Part shown: one piece after another, positions 47,337 to 56,737 of the stretch
Layout of the letters: each line of letters opens with the position of its first letter
How positions within the stretch are numbered: position 1 is the first letter of the stretch
Assembly: GCA_964481655.1 (NCBI GenBank)
Contig: CAYZVO010000002.1
Location: 21,746 to 85,745 of the forward strand
Origin: an uncultured Enterobacterales bacterium
GTDB lineage: Bacteria > Myxococcota_A > UBA796 > JAFGLY01
Length of the DNA: 64,000 nt
Direction: 5' to 3'
Notes under the pieces: model-generated
The model's input: the letters and a program-made list of their open reading frames with translations, nothing else
Told to the model about the DNA's origin: nothing
The model's database searches: none
Program-made: the position numbers and the translations under genes

Positions 47337-48686
47337 TCAGGCCAGCAGCTCGTCCAGCTCCCGGACCGTGATGTCCAGCTCCCGCGCGGTGCGCAGCTTG
47401 TCGCCGTCGTAGTACTTGAGCGCCCGCTGCACGTGGTCCCGCTCGACCTCGCGCAGGGGCTCGGGGGCGTCGAGGGGGTCGGGCGAGCCGGTCTCGATGC
47501 GGTCCCGGATCCACTGGGGCAGGGCGTCCACGGTGATCCAGTCGCCGTCGTCGGTGGCCACCAGCGAGGCCTTCACGATGCTGCGCAGCTCCTGGACGTT
47601 GTCGGGGAAGTCGTAGTGAGACAACGCCTCGAGGTAGCCTGTGTCGAAGCCTTGGACCTTGCGACCGAAGCGCTTGCTGTACCTGGCCAGGAAGTGGTCC
47701 GACAGCAGGGGGATGTCGCCGCGCCGCTCCCGCAGGGGCGGGATCACGATGTTGTTCACCATCAGGTGATACAACAGGTCCCGATCGAAGCGCCCTTTGT
47801 ATTCCTTGGCGGTCAGCTCCTTGGTGGACGACACGACGAAGCGGGCTTCGGAGGTGCGGATCTCGGTGCTCGCCTCGCGGTAGTACTCTCCCTCCTGAAG
47901 CACGCGACGCAGTCTCACCTGCATCGGCATCGTGAGCTTGTCGATGTTGTCCAGGAACAGGGTGCCGTCGCCGGCGTGCTCGAGGAAGCCGGGGCGCTCC
48001 TCGTCGCGGCCACCCCAGCGGCGGGCCTGGCCGAAGAAGTCGGCCGGGAACTGGCCCGGGTCCGCGGCGGCGGCGTCCACGGTGATACATGCTTCGCGGC
48101 AGCGGGGGCTGGCCTTGTGGATCGCGCGGGCCAGGGCCTCCTTGCCCGTGCCGCGCTCCCCGGAGATGAACACGGCCATGTCCGAGCGCGCCATGCGCTC
48201 GGCGGTGTGCAGCACCCGGATCATCGCGGCGTCCTGGGTGGGCACGTGCTCGAAGGCCGCCGGGTCGGCCAGGTCCTCGCGCTTGAGCTCCGTGGGCAGC
48301 TGCTGGATGGAGCGGTTCATGGCGTGGTGCTGCAGGGCGCTCTCGAGCACCTCGACCAGCTGCTCGTCCTCCACCGGCTTCACCAGGTAGTCGAAGGCGC
48401 CGAGCTTCATGGCCTTGACCGCCAGCTCCACGTCGGGCACGCCGGTGAGGACCACCACGGGGATGTCCATGTCCTGGGCCCGCAGGCTGCGCAGGATGTC
48501 CATGCCGCTGACGTCGGGCATGTCCATGTCCAGCAGCATGATGTCGTTGGGGCTGCGGTCGAGGGTCTCGAGCACGCGGCGCGAGTCGTTGATGACCGTC
48601 ACCTCGAAGCGGTCGGTCTGCATCAGGGCGACCATCAGGTAGTTGGTCACCGCGACGTCGTCGTCCACGATAAGGATGCGCTTCAT
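47337..48686 (-). CDS. NtrC-family response regulator (REC-AAA-Fis HTH) with degenerate sigma54-activator motifs
   Basis: REC domain ILIVDDD...LLDMDMP...KP; GERGTGKE; PPLRERRGDIP; terminal HTH. GAFTGA is absent. Confidence 0.9.
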   Translation of the reverse strand: MKRILIVDDDVAVTNYLMVALMQTDRFEVTVINDSRRVLETLDRSPNDIMLLDMDMPDVSGMDILRSLRAQDMDIPVVVLTGVPDVELAVKAMKLGAFDYLVKPVEDEQLVEVLESALQHHAMNRSIQQLPTELKREDLADPAAFEHVPTQDAAMIRVLHTAERMARSDMAVFISGERGTGKEALARAIHKASPRCREACITVDAAAADPGQFPADFFGQARRWGGRDEERPGFLEHAGDGTLFLDNIDKLTMPMQVRLRRVLQEGEYYREASTEIRTSEARFVVSSTKELTAKEYKGRFDRDLLYHLMVNNIVIPPLRERRGDIPLLSDHFLARYSKRFGRKVQGFDTGYLEALSHYDFPDNVQELRSIVKASLVATDDGDWITVDALPQWIRDRIETGSPDPLDAPEPLREVERDHVQRALKYYDGDKLRTARELDITVRELDELLA

Positions 48687-50707
48687 CGGGTCCTCCTCCC
48701 GTTCCGTTCACGGCCGTCGTCCAGGGGCAGGCGCACGGTGAAGGCCGTGCCCACGCCGACGGTGCTGTCCACGTCGATGCTGCCGCCGTGCTCTTCGATG
48801 ATCCGGTGGGTGATGGCCAGCCCCAGGCCCGTGCCACCGCGGGCCCGCTTGGTGGTGTAGAAGGGGTCGAAGATCTGACGCAGGGTCTGGGGCGTCATGC
48901 CCTTGCCGTCGTCGCGGACCTCCAGCACGGCGTGGCCGTCCTGGACCCGGGTGCGCACCAGGATGGTGCCCCGGCGCTCGTCGGGCATGGCCTGGCTGGC
49001 GTTGACCACCAGGTTGACCAGGATCTGTTCGATCTTCTGGGAGTTCCCGGTGAAGGACGGGATGTCGGGCTCGAGATCCAGCTCCAGATCGGCCCGCATG
49101 TGGACCTCGTTGTGGACCAGGCGGGTGCAGGCCTCGATCAGCGTGTTGATGTCCACGCAGTCGATGAGCTCACCCTCGTCCCGCCGGGCGAAGCGCTTGA
49201 GCCCCTCGACGATGCCCTTGATGCGCTCGGACCCGTGCGCCATGTCCTGGACCAGGGTCATGATGTGGTCCCGGAAGAACGTGTAGGGCAGCCGTGCCAC
49301 GCGGAAGTCGGGGTTGGCCGCGGCGTGGGCGTCGACGATGGGGAGCATGTCCTCGAGCGCCTGACGCATGATCTTGATGTTTCCCCGGATGAACTGGTTG
49401 GGGTTGTTGATCTCGTGGCCGATGCCGCTGACCAGCTGACCCAGGGAGGCGAGCTGATCGGCCTGGCGCAGCTGCTTCTCGTAGGTGCGCTCCAGGGTCA
49501 CGTCCCTGAAGAACTCCATGATGCCGCTGACGGCGTGGTTCTCGTCGTAGATGGGCAGGGCGTGGATCTCGAGGTAGCGGCCGTCTCGACGCAGCTCGTG
49601 GGTCACCGGCGCCTTGGTCTCCAGCACCATGGCCAGCCGGCAGTCCTCACAGGGGGCGGCGCGATCGAAGAACACCCGGTGACACACATCGCCCTCGACG
49701 CAGCCTTGCTTGTTGCTGGCCACGACGCGGCAGGACCTGTCGATCAGGGCGACGTCCTCGGGGATGCCTTGCATGATGGGTTCGATCCAGGACTTGGAGC
49801 GCTCCCAGCTCTTGCCCAGGCCCTCGATGTAGTTGTTGACGGTGTCCAGGCGATCCCGCAGCTCGGCCAGCTCCTGGGTGCGGCCCTGGATGACACCCTC
49901 CAGCTCGTTCAGGCGCTCTCGGTAGATCGACTCTTCTTTCTGCTTCGATTCCAGCCGGACGGACAGCTCCTTGCGCTCCAGCGCCAGGCTCACCAGCCGG
50001 CCGATCTGGTCGAGCATCTTCTGCTCTTCCGGCAGCCACTCGAGCTCCGGTGACACGTAGCTGACCCGGATCTCGCCACAGACCTGCCCGTTGACCACCA
50101 GCTCGGTCTGGATGCCGCAGCGGCCCTCACAGCAGTGGGGTTCCCGTCCGAAGTTCTCCCTCAGGTAGCGGCTGCACACCACGGCCTGGCCGGGGTGGCG
50201 CACACCGCGCGCCAGGATCGGTGGGAGCTTGTGGAAGAACTCGTCGATGCTGGTGGAGCGATCGGTCCAGTCGGCCACGGCGTACAGGCAGGACAGCTCG
50301 CGGATGCGGTCGCTCTGTTCGGAGGCCTCGAAGCCCTCGAGGGCGTCGGCCTGCGTGCCGTAGAACAGACACAGGCGTGTGTCACCCGCCTGGATCTCGT
50401 TGCAGCGCAGCGGCACGCGCACCCGCGGGGCGACCTGCGGGGAGAACACCACCACGACCTGATCGCCCTGCCTGGCCTGGCAGCGCCCCTGCTCGATGGT
50501 CTGCAGGCTCTGCTCGGTCAACACCTCTTCCAGCGGCCGCTCCATCAGGCCGAGGCGGTGGCGGCCGGCAACCCGCTGCAGGGGGAGGCTGGCGTGGACC
50601 ACCCGCTCGTCTTCGTCGAGGACGAGCAGGAAGTCGTAGTTCAGCTCGATCAGGTCGAAGACCTGTTGGGTGGTGACGCTCTCCTGGGCTGGGGTCGCCG
50701 CGCCCAT
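48683..50707 (-). CDS. Cytoplasmic PAS/GAF sensor histidine kinase (NtrB-like)
   Basis: GIGHEINNP, QILVNLVVNASQAM, DDGKGM, FDPFYTTK and GTGLGL. No TM segments. Confidence 0.92.
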   Translation of the reverse strand: MGAATPAQESVTTQQVFDLIELNYDFLLVLDEDERVVHASLPLQRVAGRHRLGLMERPLEEVLTEQSLQTIEQGRCQARQGDQVVVVFSPQVAPRVRVPLRCNEIQAGDTRLCLFYGTQADALEGFEASEQSDRIRELSCLYAVADWTDRSTSIDEFFHKLPPILARGVRHPGQAVVCSRYLRENFGREPHCCEGRCGIQTELVVNGQVCGEIRVSYVSPELEWLPEEQKMLDQIGRLVSLALERKELSVRLESKQKEESIYRERLNELEGVIQGRTQELAELRDRLDTVNNYIEGLGKSWERSKSWIEPIMQGIPEDVALIDRSCRVVASNKQGCVEGDVCHRVFFDRAAPCEDCRLAMVLETKAPVTHELRRDGRYLEIHALPIYDENHAVSGIMEFFRDVTLERTYEKQLRQADQLASLGQLVSGIGHEINNPNQFIRGNIKIMRQALEDMLPIVDAHAAANPDFRVARLPYTFFRDHIMTLVQDMAHGSERIKGIVEGLKRFARRDEGELIDCVDINTLIEACTRLVHNEVHMRADLELDLEPDIPSFTGNSQKIEQILVNLVVNASQAMPDERRGTILVRTRVQDGHAVLEVRDDGKGMTPQTLRQIFDPFYTTKRARGGTGLGLAITHRIIEEHGGSIDVDSTVGVGTAFTVRLPLDDGRERNGRRTR

Positions 50708-50710
50708 GGC

Positions 50711-53700
50711 CTAGCGCCCTCCGGGGCGCAGGTGGCCGATGCCGCGCTCGCGCATGGCGCGCTTGTAGCGGGCCGTGTGGGTGAGGGGCGGTGGGATCCG
50801 GCCGTGGCCAGGGCGGCCCTCGACCTCCACCGGGGTAGCGGGGGGAGGGGCGGGGCGCGCCTCGCCGCGGGTCCAGTACCAGGGCAGGTCCTCGCCCAGG
50901 ATCCGGCGGACCCGGGCGTCGATGGCGGCGTGCAGGCCGGCCCAGTCTTCAGGGAGATCGTCGATGCCCAGGGACGCGGCCAGACCCGCCAGCACCTGCC
51001 AGCCAGCCCGCCGCGCGGGCGGCGGGACCACGGGCGCGTAGTCCAGCAGCCGGCCCTCGAAGGAGCAGCGGGTGCCCTGGGACTCGAGCCAGGTGGAGCC
51101 TGGCAGCAGCACGTGGGCGAAGCGGGTGGTCTCGGTGTGGGTCCAGTCCATGGCCACCAGCAGCTCGAGGCCCTCGAGGCCCTTCGCGGTGCTGGGATGG
51201 GCGAGGGGATCCTCGCCGAGCACCACCGCCGCGCGCAGGCTGCCGCCCTCGATGCGTGAGCGCAGCTCGTCCATGCTGACGCCCTCGGCCGCGGGCTGGC
51301 GGCCCGGCAGGAACGAGGGGTGCACGCCGCACAGCTCGAGGCCTGCGGCGTTGGCGTGGACACGGGGCAGCAGCAGCTCGGCCTCGCGGCCCATGGCCCG
51401 CACCAGCGCCACCAGGTTGCCGATGGTCTCGAGATCGCCGGTGGCCTGGTCCTGAACCCGGTCGGGGGCGTGCACGAACACGGTGCGGTCGGCCTCGAAG
51501 ATCAGCTCGGCGATCTCGCGGATGTCGGCCTCTTCGACGCCGGCGAGCATGGCCGCGCCGGCGGCGCCGCCCTCGAGGCTGTCGAGCAGGGGCCTCAAGC
51601 CGTCCAGATCGGCGCCGTCGCGGTCGAGCCAGGCGTCCTCGAGCAGGGCCTGGGTGACCCCGCGCCACAGCTGCGTGGCCCGGCCGCGCATGGGATCGAC
51701 GGCCTTGGACGCCAGGGCCCGATCGGCCTGGTCGAGGGTGGAGTTGACCACCACCAGCTTGGCCCCCCGCTCACGCACGGCGGCGAGCACGCGGGTGGCC
51801 AGGACCAGGTGGTCGGTCTCGAGGGCCGTGTTGGTGCAGACGATGAGCTGTGCGTCGTCCAGGGAGCCGCGGTCGGCGGTGGAGGCGGTGTGCCCCAGGA
51901 TGGCGTCGAGCCGGTGGCTCTCCTGGCCGGTGGCCAGCATGGACAGGGAGCCCACATTGGCGGTGCCCAGGCCTTCTCGGGCGATGCGCGAGGCCAGCAG
52001 CAGCTCCTCGTTGGACAGCTCCGGGGAGGCGAAGACCGCCACCGAGTCGGGTCCGTGGCGCTCGACGATCTCGCCGAGGGCGCGGGCGGCGTGGGCCCAG
52101 GCCAGCTTGTGGTCGGCTCGGGTCCGGCTGTGGCCGACGCGGATCTCGGGGTGCACCACCCGCCGGGAGCGGTGGAAGAGCTCGTGGCCGAAGCGGCCGT
52201 ACTGACACAGCTTCGCCCCCGGCTCGGCGGGCGCGGCCAGCTCGTAGCGGCCGGGGCCGTAGATCTTCGCCTCGATGGCGCAACCCACCGAGCAGGCGCC
52301 GCAGTGGGTGCGGGCGGTGGTCTCGGGCAGGGACGCGCGGCCGGGGAAGGGGTGCTTCACGGTGAGCGCCGCGGTGGGGCAGGCGTCCACGCAGTTGCCG
52401 CAGGAGACGCAGTTGGTCTCGATGAGCGGGTCGTTCATGGCCGGCCGCATCTCGGTGCGGAAGCCGCGGTTGACCAGGCCCAGGGCCGCGATGGGCAGGA
52501 CCTTGGCGCAGGTGCGGATGCACTTGGAGCACAGCACGCACTTGTTGGGGTCGTAGACGATCCAGGGGTGGCGCTCGTCGATCTTGTGCTTGCGCACGGT
52601 GCCCTGGATGCCGCGGTGGTCGGCGCCGTAGACGTCGGCCCAGTGGCGCAGCTCGCAGTCGTGGGCGCGCACGCAGCCGCACTCGAGGCAGCGGCCACAC
52701 TCGTGCACGGCGTCCTCGGGCTCGAAGCCGGTGACGACCTCGTCGAAGCTGCCGGCGCGCTCGGCCACGCTGATGTGTTGCAGGTCCCGGCGGCGGGTCT
52801 CGGGGACTTCGCCCAGCTCCTGCTTGCCCGGGGGCGCCCAGTCGGCCTTGCGGGCGACGAAGCGGTCGGCGGGCACCGCGCCGCCCTCGATGTGGGCGAC
52901 GATGGCGGCGGCGGCCCGGCGGCCCTCGGCGATGGCGTCGATGACCACCGTCGGGCCTTCGTTGGTGGCGTCGCCACCCGCGAAGACGCCCGGCACGTTG
53001 GTGGCGCAGCTCTGCTCGTTCACCGCGATGGTGCCCCAGCGGGTCTGCTCGAGGGCCACGTCGCCCACGGTGTCCACGCCGTCGAGCACGGGGTTCTGGC
53101 CGATGGCCGAGACCGCGAGCTGGCAGGGGATGTCGAACTCGGAGCCCTCGATGGTGATGGGCCGCCGGCGGCCGGAGCCGTCGGGTTCACCCAGCTTCAT
53201 GCGCACGCAGCGCACGGCGGCGAGCAGCCCGTCCTCGTCCTTGCGGATGCCCACGGGGGCGACCAGCTCCATGATCTCGATGCCCTCGTCGATGCAGTCC
53301 TGGATCTCCAGGGGATCGGCGGGCATCTCGGCCTTGGTGCGCCGGTAGATCAGCAGCACCTTCTCGGCGCCGCAGCGCCAGGCGGTGCGGGCCACGTCCA
53401 TGGCGGTGTTGCCGCCACCCACCACCACCACGGTGCCCTGGACCGGGCTGGGGTCGGCGGCCTTGGCCTGCAGGAACTCGACGCCGCTCTCCACCCCGGG
53501 GGTGTCCAGCTCGCCCTCGACCCGCATGGGCTTGCCCGTCCAGGCGCCCACCGCCAGGAACACGGCGGCGTGCTGCTCGCGCAGGGTGTCCAGGCGGATG
53601 TCCCAGCCCACGCGCACGCCGGTGCGCAGCTCCGCGCCGACCTTGCAGATGTGATCGACCTCGAGGTCCAGCACATCGTCAGGCAGGCGGTAGGCGGGGA

Positions 53701-54403
53701 TGCCGTAGCGCAGCATGCCGCCGGGCTTGGGCATGGCCTCGTACAGCACCGAGCGGTAGCCGGCGCGGCCCAGGAACCAGGCGGCGGTCAAGCCAGCGGG
53801 ACCGGCGCCCACGATGCCGACCGTGGGGCCACCTTCCGGGGCGGCCTGCACCGGCAGGTCGTAGACCCCGGGCACGTCGGTGGCGTAGCGCTTGACGTGG
53901 TTGATGGCCACGGCCTCGTCCACGTCGGCGCGGCGGCACTCGAGCTCGCACTTGCGCACGCAGACCCTGCCGCAGACGGCGGGCATGGGGTTGGCGTCGC
54001 GGATGAGATCGACGGCCTGCTGGTCCAGGCCCATGTTCACCAGGGCCAGGTAGCCCTGGATGTCCACGTGGGCGGGGCAGGCGTCCATGCAGGGCGAGAC
54101 GCAGTCGGCGTAGTGGTTGGACAGCAGCAGTTCGAGGGCGGCCTTGCGGGACCGCAGCACCGTGTCGCTGCGGGTGTGCACGGACATGCCCTCGTTGACG
54201 CGGGTCGCGCAGGCGGGGACGAGGTTCCCGCGGCCTTCGAGCTCCACCACGCAGACGAAGCAGGAGCCGTAGGGCTCGAGGTCGGGGCTGTGACAGAGCG
54301 TGGGGATCGTGTCGAGCCCCTGGGCGTGCACGACCTCGAGGATGGTCTGGCCGCGCTCGGCCTGCACCGGCTGTCCGTTGATGGTCAGTGAGACGGTGTC
54401 CAT
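50711..54403 (-). CDS. Multidomain Fe-S flavoprotein: [2Fe-2S] + GltD-like FAD/NADP(H) module + 2x[4Fe-4S] + NuoG/Mo-bisPGD-like domain apparently lacking the cofactor ligand (NfnA/BfuA-like)
   Basis: CHSPDLEPYGSCFVC...C; PCMDACP...CGRVC; VGAGPAG; YGIPAYRL; VGGGNTAMD; YRRTKAEMP; CVLCSKC...CVSCGNC; HCGACSVGC...C; LLPGSTWLESQGT. Confidence 0.88.
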   Translation of the reverse strand: MDTVSLTINGQPVQAERGQTILEVVHAQGLDTIPTLCHSPDLEPYGSCFVCVVELEGRGNLVPACATRVNEGMSVHTRSDTVLRSRKAALELLLSNHYADCVSPCMDACPAHVDIQGYLALVNMGLDQQAVDLIRDANPMPAVCGRVCVRKCELECRRADVDEAVAINHVKRYATDVPGVYDLPVQAAPEGGPTVGIVGAGPAGLTAAWFLGRAGYRSVLYEAMPKPGGMLRYGIPAYRLPDDVLDLEVDHICKVGAELRTGVRVGWDIRLDTLREQHAAVFLAVGAWTGKPMRVEGELDTPGVESGVEFLQAKAADPSPVQGTVVVVGGGNTAMDVARTAWRCGAEKVLLIYRRTKAEMPADPLEIQDCIDEGIEIMELVAPVGIRKDEDGLLAAVRCVRMKLGEPDGSGRRRPITIEGSEFDIPCQLAVSAIGQNPVLDGVDTVGDVALEQTRWGTIAVNEQSCATNVPGVFAGGDATNEGPTVVIDAIAEGRRAAAAIVAHIEGGAVPADRFVARKADWAPPGKQELGEVPETRRRDLQHISVAERAGSFDEVVTGFEPEDAVHECGRCLECGCVRAHDCELRHWADVYGADHRGIQGTVRKHKIDERHPWIVYDPNKCVLCSKCIRTCAKVLPIAALGLVNRGFRTEMRPAMNDPLIETNCVSCGNCVDACPTAALTVKHPFPGRASLPETTARTHCGACSVGCAIEAKIYGPGRYELAAPAEPGAKLCQYGRFGHELFHRSRRVVHPEIRVGHSRTRADHKLAWAHAARALGEIVERHGPDSVAVFASPELSNEELLLASRIAREGLGTANVGSLSMLATGQESHRLDAILGHTASTADRGSLDDAQLIVCTNTALETDHLVLATRVLAAVRERGAKLVVVNSTLDQADRALASKAVDPMRGRATQLWRGVTQALLEDAWLDRDGADLDGLRPLLDSLEGGAAGAAMLAGVEEADIREIAELIFEADRTVFVHAPDRVQDQATGDLETIGNLVALVRAMGREAELLLPRVHANAAGLELCGVHPSFLPGRQPAAEGVSMDELRSRIEGGSLRAAVVLGEDPLAHPSTAKGLEGLELLVAMDWTHTETTRFAHVLLPGSTWLESQGTRCSFEGRLLDYAPVVPPPARRAGWQVLAGLAASLGIDDLPEDWAGLHAAIDARVRRILGEDLPWYWTRGEARPAPPPATPVEVEGRPGHGRIPPPLTHTARYKRAMRERGIGHLRPGGR

Positions 54404-54412
54404 GGCGGGCTC

Positions 54413-56191
54413 CTAGCGCTTGATGATGGCGCCGAAGTTGCAGCTGGAGATGCAGCGTCCGCACTGGACGCAGGTGTCGATGTCGATGACGTGGGCCTGC
54501 TTGCGATCGCCGGCGATGGCGTCCACGGGGCAGGCCCGGGCGCAGAGGGTGCAGCCGGTGCACAGCTCGGGCACCACCACGAAGTCCACCAGGGCCTCGC
54601 AGACCCCCGCGGGGCAGCGCTTCTCCACGATGTGGGCCCGGTAGTGGTCCTCGTAGTAGCGCAGGGTGGTCAGCACCGGGTTGGGCGCGGACTGCCCGAG
54701 GCCGCAGAGGCTCGCTTCTTTGATGCGATGGGCCAGCTCCGAGAGCCGCTCCAGGTCCTCGAGCTCACCCTCGCCGCGGCAGATGCGCTCCAGGATCTCG
54801 AGCATGCGCAGGGTGCCCACCCGGCAGAAGGTGCACTTCCCGCAGCTCTCGTCCTGGGTGAAGTTCAGGAAGAAGCGCGCGATGTCGACCATGCAGGTGG
54901 AGTCGTCCACCACCACCATGCCGCCGGAGCCCATGATGGCGCCGGTGGCCGGGATGTGCTCGAAGTCCACCGGGGTGTCCTGCTGGGCGGCGGGGATGCA
55001 GCCGCCGCTGGGGCCGCCCATCTGCACCGCCTCGAAGCGGCCGCCGTCCTTGATGCCGCCGCCGATCTCGAAGACCAACTCCTGGATCGTGGTGCCCATG
55101 GGGACCTCGGCCAGGCCACCGCGGGTCACCTTGCCGGCGAGGGCGAAGACCTTGGTGCCCTTGCTCTTCTCGGAGCCGATGGCGGCGTAGGCCTGCGGGC
55201 CGTTGCGCACGATCCAGGGGACGTTGGCGTAGGTCTCGACGTTGTTGTTGTTGGTGGGCTTGGCCCACAGCCCGGCCTCGGCGGGGAAGGGGGGCCGGAT
55301 GCGGGGCATGCCGCGCTCGCCCTCGATGGAGGCGAACAGGGCGGTCTCCTCGCCGCAGACGAAGGCGCCGGCGCCCTGCTTGATCTTGATGTCGAAGTGC
55401 TTGCCAGAGCCGAAGACGTCCCGGCCGAGGTAGCCCTTGTCCCGGGCGGCCGCGATGGCCAGCTCGAGGCGGTGGATGGCCAGGGGGTACTCGGCGCGGC
55501 AGTAGATGTAGCCGTACTCCGCACGGATGGCGTGACCGCAGATGATCATGCCCTCGAGCACGGCGTGGGGGTCGCCCTCGAGCACCGAGCGGTCCATGAA
55601 CGCGCCCGGGTCGCCCTCGTCGGCGTTGCAGACCACGTACTTCTTGTCGGCGTCGTAGCCGGCGCAGAAGCTCCACTTGAGCCCGGTGGGGAAGCCGGCG
55701 CCGCCGCGGCCGCGCAGGCCCGAGGCCTTCATGATGTCGATGACCTCGCCGGGCTCCAGCTCCCGCAGGGACCGCCGGGCGGCCTGGTAGCCGCCGCGGG
55801 CTTCGTAGTCACCGATGCACTCGGGATCGATCAGGCCGCAGTTGGCGAGCACGATGCGCTGCTGGGGATCCAGGAACGCGGCCTCGCTGCCGCCGGTGCG
55901 GCCTCGGGTGTCGATGCTCCAGGCCACGCGGTCTTCGAGGACCACATCGCCCATGACGTGGCGGGCGAAGATCTCGCCGGCCAGGTCGGGATCGACGTCG
56001 CCGTAGAGGGTGCGGGCGTCGCCCTGACGGATCTCCACCAGGGGCTCGCGGTAGCACATGCCGATGCAGCCGGTGATGCGCAGCCGGCAGCGCTCGGGGT
56101 GGGCCGCCGCGAGCGCCTCGAGGGCCTCGTAGGTGGCCTTGGCGCCCGCGGACAGGCCGCAGGTCCCCATTCCGACCAGGATGTCGATCAT
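54413..56191 (-). CDS. NADH-binding FMN subunit, HydB/NuoF-like with N-terminal thioredoxin-like and C-terminal 2x[4Fe-4S] domains
   Basis: SGLRGRGGAGFPTG, NADEGDPGAFMDR, GAGAFVCGEETAL, GGPSGGC, ESCGKCTFCRVG and CTGCTLC...CVQCGRC. ATG 56191 overlaps the upstream TGA. Confidence 0.92.
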   Translation of the reverse strand: MIDILVGMGTCGLSAGAKATYEALEALAAAHPERCRLRITGCIGMCYREPLVEIRQGDARTLYGDVDPDLAGEIFARHVMGDVVLEDRVAWSIDTRGRTGGSEAAFLDPQQRIVLANCGLIDPECIGDYEARGGYQAARRSLRELEPGEVIDIMKASGLRGRGGAGFPTGLKWSFCAGYDADKKYVVCNADEGDPGAFMDRSVLEGDPHAVLEGMIICGHAIRAEYGYIYCRAEYPLAIHRLELAIAAARDKGYLGRDVFGSGKHFDIKIKQGAGAFVCGEETALFASIEGERGMPRIRPPFPAEAGLWAKPTNNNNVETYANVPWIVRNGPQAYAAIGSEKSKGTKVFALAGKVTRGGLAEVPMGTTIQELVFEIGGGIKDGGRFEAVQMGGPSGGCIPAAQQDTPVDFEHIPATGAIMGSGGMVVVDDSTCMVDIARFFLNFTQDESCGKCTFCRVGTLRMLEILERICRGEGELEDLERLSELAHRIKEASLCGLGQSAPNPVLTTLRYYEDHYRAHIVEKRCPAGVCEALVDFVVVPELCTGCTLCARACPVDAIAGDRKQAHVIDIDTCVQCGRCISSCNFGAIIKR

Positions 56192-56682
56192 GACTGCACC
56201 TCGTGGGCGGCCTCGCGCTTGGCGGCTCGCCGAACCTTCTTGAGCAGCTTGCGCGCTGCGGCCGGGGTCAGGCGTCCGTGGGTCTCGTCGTCGATCATCA
56301 TCGCCGGCGCCAGCGAGCAGCAGCCCAGGCAGGCCACCGTGAACAGCGTGAAGAGGCCGTCCTCGCTGGTGCCACCCACCTCGATGCCCAGCTCGTCCTG
56401 GATGGCGTCCACCAGCGTGGAGGCCCCCTGGACGTGACAGGCGGTCCCGGTGCAGACCCGGATCTGGTGGCGACCCATGGGCTGCAGGCGGAACTGGCTG
56501 TAGAAGGTGATGACACCGTAGATGGTGCTCTCGGGGATGCTGGTCACCCCGGCGATGGTCTCGATGGCCCGCCGCGGGATGTAGCCGAAGTGGTCCTGGG
56601 CGGACTGCAGCAGGGGGATCAGCTCCCCCGGGCTGCCGTCGTAGCGCCAGAGTTCGAAGGGGAAGGACTCGGAGCCGCGCAT
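56188..56682 (-). CDS. [2Fe-2S] subunit, HydC/NuoE-like
   Basis: LIPLLQSAQDHFGY, VITFYSQF, VCTGTACH and ACLGCCSLAP. GGAGG RBS before ATG 56682. Confidence 0.92.
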   Translation of the reverse strand: MRGSESFPFELWRYDGSPGELIPLLQSAQDHFGYIPRRAIETIAGVTSIPESTIYGVITFYSQFRLQPMGRHQIRVCTGTACHVQGASTLVDAIQDELGIEVGGTSEDGLFTLFTVACLGCCSLAPAMMIDDETHGRLTPAAARKLLKKVRRAAKREAAHEVQS

Positions 56683-56737
56683 GGGCACCCTCCATTCGAA
56701 CCCGGCTCACGCCGGGTTCGACGCGGACTGTCGTGGT

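Noticed and set aside
50711-54403. [FeFe]-hydrogenase or formate dehydrogenase catalytic subunit
   Set aside because: No H-cluster motifs and no Cys/Sec-His active-site motif are seen.
54413-56682. Respiratory complex I nuoEF
   Set aside because: No other nuo genes are nearby, and the extra ferredoxin and thioredoxin-like domains indicate a soluble HydBC-like module.
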